This document shows positions 17,049 through 23,660 of a stretch of DNA of 64,000 nucleotides, one piece after another. Origin of the DNA: an uncultured Ruegeria sp. (lineage in GTDB: Bacteria > Pseudomonadota > Alphaproteobacteria > Rhodobacterales > Rhodobacteraceae); assembly GCF_947500045.1 (NCBI RefSeq), contig NZ_CANMQQ010000004.1, positions 243,128 to 307,127 of the forward strand, given 5' to 3'. How positions within the stretch are numbered: the first letter of the stretch is position 1; the number at the start of each line of letters is the position of its first letter. A program made the translations under genes and the position numbers. The notes below the pieces were generated by a model. That model worked only from the letters and a program-made list of their open reading frames with translations. It was not told the origin of the DNA and searched no databases.

Positions 17049-18734
17049 TCAGAACAACTGCAAATCCTTCGCACCGCTTTGAATTTCCGCAAAGTTCGGC
17101 ATGTTCTGGACAACCAAAGGTGCGTTTGGCGCGCCCGGCATTGCCACTGTTGGCTGGGCCGCCACCGCCTTGCCAAAGGCCGGTTTCTCCAACTCTCCTC
17201 GGATGTCGCGTAGCAACGTTTTATGATCCGGCATTGCCTTAAGTATATGCGCAAGGTCCACTTTTGCGCCCTTCCACCACTGGAACCAGATCGGTTTCTT
17301 CAACGGCCGGATACGATCTCGGATACCAGTGCCATAGCCTGTGTCATAGACCTGCTTGCCCAGAAGGACCGTCTGGTAGACGCGGAAATTAAATAGGGTT
17401 GCGAACTCGATATCGTGTTCCATCGGCAGGCGGTGTTGCCACAGCTCCAAGTTCTCGGCCAGCCGATCCGGTATCTTCATTTCGGTGCGCGCATCGATCC
17501 AGTATTGATCATCCGTTCGGTTGCCCAATCGGTAGTGCAGGCAGATGAAATCCAACACCTCATCATAGAGCTTGTTCATCTGCTGGTTATATCTGTTGCG
17601 CAGTGAAGGCTCGATATCTCGTGTGGGAAGATGCTCGGCGAACCAGCGTATCGCATGATCTATCATATGGATCGCGGTGCTTTCCAATGGCTCAATAAAC
17701 CCGCCTGAGAGCCCAATCGCCACACAGTTCTTGACCCACGCATTGCGCACGCGCCCGATGCGCATCGGAATGACGCGCGGCGTTAATCCCTTGCCGCTAT
17801 CACCCAACCATTCAAGGTATTCGTCTGCAGCCTGATCATCGGTGCGATGCGCGGACGAATACACATAGCCCGTTCCCACCCGGTTATAGAGCGGCACCCG
17901 CCATGTCCAACCTGCGCCAAGAGCGGTTGACCGTGTGACGCTTTCAATCTTCTCTGGATCAGGATGTTCGATCTGCAACGCCATGGCGCGATCGTTTGGC
18001 AGATATTCCGAATAGTCCATAAATGGCTCACCAAGAGCCTTGTTGATGATCAAACCCCGGAACCCTGTGCAATCTATGACCATCTCAATGTCATGACGGC
18101 CTTTGCGTTCCAGCATCAGATGGCTGACATTGCCCTGTTCATCCAACTCAACCGATTGCACCTCATCCTGGATATGCTCAACACCGCGCTTGGCGCAAAC
18201 CTTGGTTAGCATACCCGCGAACTTCACTGCATCCAGATGATAAGCATAGCCAAATCGTTGTTCAAATTCAGGCTGACCCAATTGCCGCGCGCCCTTACAC
18301 AGGCGGGCTAGATCGTCATGCGGCGAGATGGATTGCGTAAAATCCCGATCCCCGTTGCCGAATCGCAGGAAATACTCGGCGGCCTCCAACCCCTCCAACA
18401 TCTGGCCGTGGGCAAATGGATTTACATAATCGATGCGATTGCCCTTGGCGTCCTTGTTCCAATTGCAGAACTTCACACCTAGTTTGAATGAGGCGTTGGT
18501 CTCGCGGAAGAAATCCCGCTCTGAAATACCGGCCTGGCGGAGCGTAACAGGCATGCGTGGCACAGTGGCTTCGCCCACACCCACAGTCGAGATATTGGGG
18601 CTTTCGATCAGACATATACGCGGTCGATCCTTTGGCGCCGACGTGCGCGAAAACACCATATCCAGGATTAAAGCGGTCATCCATCCTGCTGTACCACCAC
18701 CTACGATGGTGATTTTACGCAAACGATTATTCAT
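17049..18734 (-). CDS. Flavin-dependent (tryptophan-type) halogenase family protein
   Basis: GGGTAGW FAD motif, GVGEATVP, FKLGVKF (conserved Lys context) and GWTWRVPL (the WxWxIP motif). Confidence 0.85.
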   Translation of the reverse strand: MNNRLRKITIVGGGTAGWMTALILDMVFSRTSAPKDRPRICLIESPNISTVGVGEATVPRMPVTLRQAGISERDFFRETNASFKLGVKFCNWNKDAKGNRIDYVNPFAHGQMLEGLEAAEYFLRFGNGDRDFTQSISPHDDLARLCKGARQLGQPEFEQRFGYAYHLDAVKFAGMLTKVCAKRGVEHIQDEVQSVELDEQGNVSHLMLERKGRHDIEMVIDCTGFRGLIINKALGEPFMDYSEYLPNDRAMALQIEHPDPEKIESVTRSTALGAGWTWRVPLYNRVGTGYVYSSAHRTDDQAADEYLEWLGDSGKGLTPRVIPMRIGRVRNAWVKNCVAIGLSGGFIEPLESTAIHMIDHAIRWFAEHLPTRDIEPSLRNRYNQQMNKLYDEVLDFICLHYRLGNRTDDQYWIDARTEMKIPDRLAENLELWQHRLPMEHDIEFATLFNFRVYQTVLLGKQVYDTGYGTGIRDRIRPLKKPIWFQWWKGAKVDLAHILKAMPDHKTLLRDIRGELEKPAFGKAVAAQPTVAMPGAPNAPLVVQNMPNFAEIQSGAKDLQLF

Positions 18735-18975
18735 GTTTCTCTGTCCCTGTTGGCTCGGGGGAATGTACCGCTGTTTCCTCTTTTTTTGAGGATTATCTAC
18801 CAGCGTTCCCTATTGGCTTAAGAGAAACATAACAGCTTTCCAGCGTTCAGCTAGAATTTATGACGCAACGAAGCTACATGCACGTCTGCATATCGATCAC
18901 ACAACCGCAAAACATTGTAGGGGCGCTCATAACGCTGCATCCTCGCCATTGATATTACTCACAAAAATTGAAGAC

Positions 18976-19043
18976 TTTCGCCCATAATATTGCGCGCCTT
19001 TTGCGCATAAGTTTGCACGATTTGCCCATAACATTGCGCTGTT
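18976..19043. repeat. Three tandem imperfect 22-23 bp repeats (consensus about TTTgCCCATAAnATTGCGC)
   Basis: TTTCGCCCATAATATTGCGCGCC / TTTTGCGCATAAGTTTGCACGA / TTTGCCCATAACATTGCGCTGT, located about 240-310 bp upstream of the halogenase start. Confidence 0.6.
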
Positions 19044-19292
19044 CGAGAAACGCGTTCAATTAATGGTAGTCACCGCACATCTTCTTCAACTAAAACCGGG
19101 CGCCTCTCAATCAAGAGTGCATTCTGATTGGAAATATTCAACCCTGATCATAGGGAAGCAGTTCACTCGCAGGCTTGTGTTAGAACCCGGCTTCAAGAAA
19201 GGGTATTGCTGTGCCCGCGAAGTGAGCGCGTCCAAATCGGCGCGCTCACTCTATTTGGTATTGCCTGTCACTACGGAGGCTAGAGCGATGTA

Positions 19293-20399
19293 TTACTCTG
19301 CGGCAACCGCTTCCTCTGCTAGTGCCGGGTAATCGGTGTACCCTTTTTCATTGCCGCCGTAGAGGGTAGTTGGATCGAGCTCATTCAGAGCGGCGCCTTT
19401 CTCCAACCGGTTGACAAGATCAGGGTTGGAAATAAACGGCCGGCCAAAGGCCACCAGATCGACGGCTCCGGTTTCAACCGCTTCAACCGCCATTTCCCGG
19501 TCATATGCGTTGTTGCCCATTTTCGCACCGTCAAACAATTCATAGAGCGCCTTCAGATCGCCACCTTCCGGAATATCGCGCGGGCCGCCGGTCTGTCCCT
19601 CCACGAGATGGAGATAGGCCAGCCCATAGCCATTCAGCAATTTGACCGCATGGGTGAATGTCGCCTGCGGGTCGCTGTCGGAGATGTTGTTGGCGTCCGA
19701 GAATGGGCTGAGGCGGACACCAACGCGGTCGGCGCCCCAGACATCGGCAACCACGTCCATGACCTCTTTCAGGAACCGTGCTCTATTCTCGACAGGACCG
19801 CCGTATTCGTCTTCACGCTTGTTGGATTCGTCCCGCAGGAACTGATCGATAAGGTATCCGTTGGCTGCGTGGACCTCGACACCGTCGAAACCGGCTTTCT
19901 TGGCGTTTTCCGCAGCCCTCCGGTAGTCGGCGACAATGCCAGCAATTTCTTCGATGCCCAGAGCCCGCGGCTCAGATGTTTCAACAAACTGCTCACCATC
20001 AAAGGTCTTGGCCTTAGCGCCAATTGCGGATGGTGCAACAGGGGCGCCACCATCCTGCTGCAAGCTGTAGTGCGAAATCCGGCCCACGTGCCAAAGCTGG
20101 ATTACAATCTTCCCGTCCTTGGCATGGACGGCCTCAGTCACTTTTTTCCAGCCGTCAACCTGTGCTTGTGAATAAATGCCCGGGGTCCAGGCATAGCCTT
20201 TGCCTTGAGGCGAGATTTGCGAAGCTTCCGTGATGATCAGACCAGCACCCGCCCGCTGTGCGTAGTATTTGGCCTGCAATTCATGGACGCTGTCATCCTC
20301 GGCTCTTGCCCGGTTGCGGGTCAGTGGCGCCATGACAATGCGGTTTTTCAGCTCGATTGCACCAGCTTTGATGCCGGAGAACAGTTTTTCATCAGCCAT
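19293..20399 (-). CDS. Old Yellow Enzyme family NADH:flavin oxidoreductase (alkene/N-ethylmaleimide reductase-like)
   Basis: PLTRNRA, HAANGYLIDQFL and GRPFISNPDL motifs. Confidence 0.9.
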   Translation of the reverse strand: MADEKLFSGIKAGAIELKNRIVMAPLTRNRARAEDDSVHELQAKYYAQRAGAGLIITEASQISPQGKGYAWTPGIYSQAQVDGWKKVTEAVHAKDGKIVIQLWHVGRISHYSLQQDGGAPVAPSAIGAKAKTFDGEQFVETSEPRALGIEEIAGIVADYRRAAENAKKAGFDGVEVHAANGYLIDQFLRDESNKREDEYGGPVENRARFLKEVMDVVADVWGADRVGVRLSPFSDANNISDSDPQATFTHAVKLLNGYGLAYLHLVEGQTGGPRDIPEGGDLKALYELFDGAKMGNNAYDREMAVEAVETGAVDLVAFGRPFISNPDLVNRLEKGAALNELDPTTLYGGNEKGYTDYPALAEEAVAAE

Positions 20400-20436
20400 T
20401 GCTGCTTCCTTCTTTCGTTTACTTCGTTCAGATATT

Positions 20437-20456
20437 TTTGGACTATTTGGTCCAAA
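20437..20456. promoter_or_regulatory. Palindromic operator upstream of the OYE gene (TTTGGAC-N6-GTCCAAA)
   Basis: TTTGGACTATTTGGTCCAAA. A 16/20-identical copy lies upstream of the adjacent TetR gene. Confidence 0.55.
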
Positions 20457-20521
20457 TTTAAGGTCGCGGTCTCTTGTTGGAACTTTTGTTACGTTTCATG
20501 CCCTTATTTTTAGGGGAGGAC

Positions 20522-21124
20522 TTAAGGCGAAATCACCAACCGGACTTGTTTCAGGGTTTGCGATATCTGCTCATCGGGAACGCCTGCCTTGCGTAGAGCC
20601 AGCGTGCCGATTGCAAGAGAGGCATAGGCGCGTGCCTTGTCGAGGGCCTGACCCGGATCTGAAGGCTCAAGCGCTCCCGCAATAATCTCGTCAATACTCT
20701 CCAAATGCTGTCGCCCGAGAGCCGCCACTTCATCATCATGCGGGGCAAGTTCCGTAAGGCAATTGATCAGCATGCAACCGTCACGACCGCCTTGCGGGTT
20801 CGCCAAAGCTTCCATTATCGCACCAACGGGGTCATTTCCGCCCGCATCTGCAACGTCACGCAGATTTTTCAAACCTCGCCTTGAATAGTGCCTGAGGGCT
20901 TTGTGAAATAAAGTCTGCTTGTTGACGAACGTTCCATAGAAGCTGGACCGGCTCAATCCCATGGCCTTGGTCAGATCATCCACAGATGCCGTCTCGTAGC
21001 CCTTGTGCCAAAAAACGCACAAGGCTTTTTCCAAAGCCTCAGCCTCGTCAAAGGCACGAGGTCTACCCGGACCTGCGGGTGATTTGATGTCGCCATTTGG
21101 GAGAGTTTTTTTGCTCATGCGCAT
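20522..21124 (-). CDS. TetR family transcriptional regulator (NemR-like context)
   Basis: TetR HTH (ALCVFWHKGYETASVDDLTKAMGLSRSSFYGTF), directly upstream of the OYE gene on the same strand. Confidence 0.85.
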   Translation of the reverse strand: MRMSKKTLPNGDIKSPAGPGRPRAFDEAEALEKALCVFWHKGYETASVDDLTKAMGLSRSSFYGTFVNKQTLFHKALRHYSRRGLKNLRDVADAGGNDPVGAIMEALANPQGGRDGCMLINCLTELAPHDDEVAALGRQHLESIDEIIAGALEPSDPGQALDKARAYASLAIGTLALRKAGVPDEQISQTLKQVRLVISP

Positions 21125-21126
21125 GA

Positions 21127-21144
21127 TTTGGAATGATTGGTCCA
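21127..21144. promoter_or_regulatory. Second copy of the TTTGGA...GGTCCA operator, upstream of the TetR gene
   Basis: TTTGGAATGATTGGTCCA. Confidence 0.5.
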
Positions 21145-21686
21145 GAAATTCAAGGCGGCGGTGAGAAATTTTTGGAATGGTCAGTCCGTATTGTGATCAG
21201 AGAAAGGAATTTAGGTCGGTAGAAATACAAAACCTCCCCGTCGCGCATGGTGTCACGCCAATCTTAGGATCGAACCATTTGTCTATTTGCGGGAGTGTCA
21301 GAAGAAGAGGATCGTGATCGTAGAAAGGAGAGGCCACCTTCGGCACTAGTTTCCAACAATGGACAGAGTGACTGGCGGCTTTGTCCAATGCGTTGATGTT
21401 GATCACTCACAAACCAGAGATTGGTTCGGTAGATCCATGGCCAATGCCCTCAACTTGTGAGGATTACTACCCCAATGTGTAACAAAGCCACGAATTCAGA
21501 ACTGGTTTTAGGAGCATCAGAACGGCGGGCCATCGTAAGCAAACCAACAATAATTTCAGCGCGCTAGATAAAAAAGCCAGATTAGCTGAAGTTTAATTTG
21601 CCCAATGTGAACTTCTTAACTTTGGCTAGAATATTTTTTTGGCAGTATCGTTTCATGAGTTGTTAGTGAGTTCAGTGAGTAAGTAG

Positions 21687-22106
21687 ATGTATTTGCACAA
21701 ATTCGAGGGACATTGTTGCGCGGTCAATGACATCCGGATGGATGATTTTGCGCGTGAGTATCCGTTGCTGGACGATGCCGGTGTACACGCACAATGGCAG
21801 AAGGGCTCCTGGCAGATCACGCGGATAGCCGACATCTGGACACGAACTGGGAAGGTACTTTCTTTGCCTTACAATGGGGCCAACGCCTATCCATCTTTCC
21901 AGTTTGCTGAGGATGGAACCCCGCTTCCTTTGATGGAAAAAGTGTTGAAAGCCCTGCCACGTGAAATGACCCCGTGGCAATGCGCGTTCTGGTTAACCTC
22001 ACCCAAATTGGAACTCGGAGGAGAAAGCCCAGCAAATCGCATTCCAACCGGCGATGACTGCATAGTCGATATCGCAGTCGAAGCTGGTGGTCTGATAGCA
22101 GTTTAG
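21687..22106 (+). CDS. Hypothetical protein with a DUF2384-like (Xre/MbcA/ParS antitoxin toxin-binding domain-like) C-terminus
   Basis: WQCAFWLTSPKLELGGESPANRI...IVDIAVEAG resembles the W..P...LGG.SP motif of that domain. The true start is uncertain. Confidence 0.4.
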   Translation: MYLHKFEGHCCAVNDIRMDDFAREYPLLDDAGVHAQWQKGSWQITRIADIWTRTGKVLSLPYNGANAYPSFQFAEDGTPLPLMEKVLKALPREMTPWQCAFWLTSPKLELGGESPANRIPTGDDCIVDIAVEAGGLIAV

Positions 22107-22435
22107 TGTTAGCTTTTGGTCACTCATACGTCGTACAGCATCTGGCAAAATCGTGTCTCTCCTGCTTTTTCTACCTCCGGCAGGAATAGCGAGATCAGGG
22201 CACTCAAATGTCCATTTTCTTCTGAGGGTTCAGTCGCAATACCAAGCAGTCCAACCATAGATATGATTGGCTAAAAGCATACTGAAATACGGGTCATATC
22301 TAGGTCTTCGCATATCGATACCCGTTGGAGAAAACCCCACCGACAAGTACAGCTGCTCCGCAAATATGTTATCTGCCGCTACGCGTAGCCGAAACTCAAC
22401 AAACTCGGTTTCTGCATATTTCTGTCAAACAGACT

Positions 22436-23206
22436 TCACCGTTCAAACACAGCCATCATCTGCCTGCGCAATCGCGCCAGATCCTCATCCACACTAGCGG
22501 CAGGATCGCACGCGAATGTTGGCAATGCCTCCACACGGATCGTCCCGCTGCGCGGTAAATGTTTGCCGCGTGGAAGTAGACTATCGCTGTCGTGGATGAC
22601 AATAGGGGTGATCGTACGGCCGGTTTCTCGGGCGACTAAGACAGCACCCGCTTTAAAGTCCCCTAGCGATTCTGTTTTGGCTCGGGTGCCTTCTGGGAAT
22701 AGCACGATGGAACAGCGGGCAGGCATTTCCCTGACAGCCTTTATCAGCGTATCCATGGCCGTTGAACCGGAGTCCCGGTTGATAGGGACGAGGCCCGCTC
22801 CATCAAAACCAGTGCGCAGGAGTTTGCTGTTCCAGAACTCTGCCTTCGCCGCGAAAGTGAACCATTTGGTGTCGGGCACCACATGCATAAGACAGAAGCC
22901 ATCAAGATGGCTACGGTGGTTGACCACGATGATGCTGTTGTTGTCGGCGGCGAGGGCATTCTTTTCCTCAGGACGCATCTCGACGCGGATGCTGAGGAGC
23001 CACAGCAGGCGTGAACATGACCGTTTCACAAGGCGCCAATACCAACCCCGAAACCCTCTGCGCCGAACGCAAAGAAGAGGGGCAAAGGCCACGAAGAGGA
23101 AATAAAACAGGCCGATAAGAACCAGTATAGCGCGCTTGATAAGGCGTATCGGCAAAGGGTCGATGGCGCGAGTGGCGCGGTCTTGTCCGTCAGGTGAAAG
23201 GGGCAT
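22436..23206 (-). CDS. PlsC/LPLAT-family acyltransferase (1-acyl-sn-glycerol-3-phosphate acyltransferase-like)
   Basis: NHRSHLDG (HX4D) and FPEGTR motifs, with an N-terminal TM segment. ATG 23206 has a GAGGA RBS; the longer ORF to 23314 is less likely. Confidence 0.8.
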   Translation of the reverse strand: MPLSPDGQDRATRAIDPLPIRLIKRAILVLIGLFYFLFVAFAPLLCVRRRGFRGWYWRLVKRSCSRLLWLLSIRVEMRPEEKNALAADNNSIIVVNHRSHLDGFCLMHVVPDTKWFTFAAKAEFWNSKLLRTGFDGAGLVPINRDSGSTAMDTLIKAVREMPARCSIVLFPEGTRAKTESLGDFKAGAVLVARETGRTITPIVIHDSDSLLPRGKHLPRSGTIRVEALPTFACDPAASVDEDLARLRRQMMAVFER

Positions 23207-23660
23207 GACGTCCTCTAATAGGGCCTGTGGCAGGTGCGTGAGCCGTGAATAAAGGCCACCGGAGATCCTCCGGCAGCGCTTTGACATGCGCAACTTGCGA
23301 AGGAAGACAGCCACCGCACACCTCTCTATCTGTCGAAGCCAGTATCAGATCAATGAGAAAAGACGGCGTAGGGGAATGTATCTTGGTGCTTCAGTGTGAC
23401 TTGAGTACCAACTGACCGGCCTTGGCATAGAATATCAGTAAGAGCCCTGAGCCGTCATTGCTGATCCAACAGAGTGCTGCGTACGCATTCGGCAGGTCTA
23501 CCCCCAAAGCGGACCTTAGGTAGCAAATTTTTGGTTAATCATGTTTCGGAGCGGTGCCCCAAAATGTTTCCGACTTTTGCTCTGTACTGTTGCGTTCGGC
23601 TTGGATCTCGTTGCAAATGCTGAGTGAAATTCGGCTTCATAATGCACGGATAGGGATAGA

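Noticed and set aside
19063-19332. 89-aa plus-strand ORF between the halogenase and OYE genes
   Set aside because: It has no RBS or motif, it overlaps the 3' end of the OYE gene, and it spans a stem-loop (19222-19249) that is more plausibly the OYE 3' structure.
21197-21406. 69-aa minus-strand ORF downstream of the TetR operator region
   Set aside because: It has no recognisable motif or RBS and sits in a low-density, probably decayed stretch. It could be a gene fragment but cannot be supported.
22124-22258. 44-aa minus-strand ORF (MVGLLGIATEPSEENGHLSALISLFLPEVEKAGETRFCQMLYDV)
   Set aside because: It is too short and featureless to call. I considered it as a remnant of a toxin partner for the DUF2384-like gene, but the orientation is convergent and no RES motif is visible.
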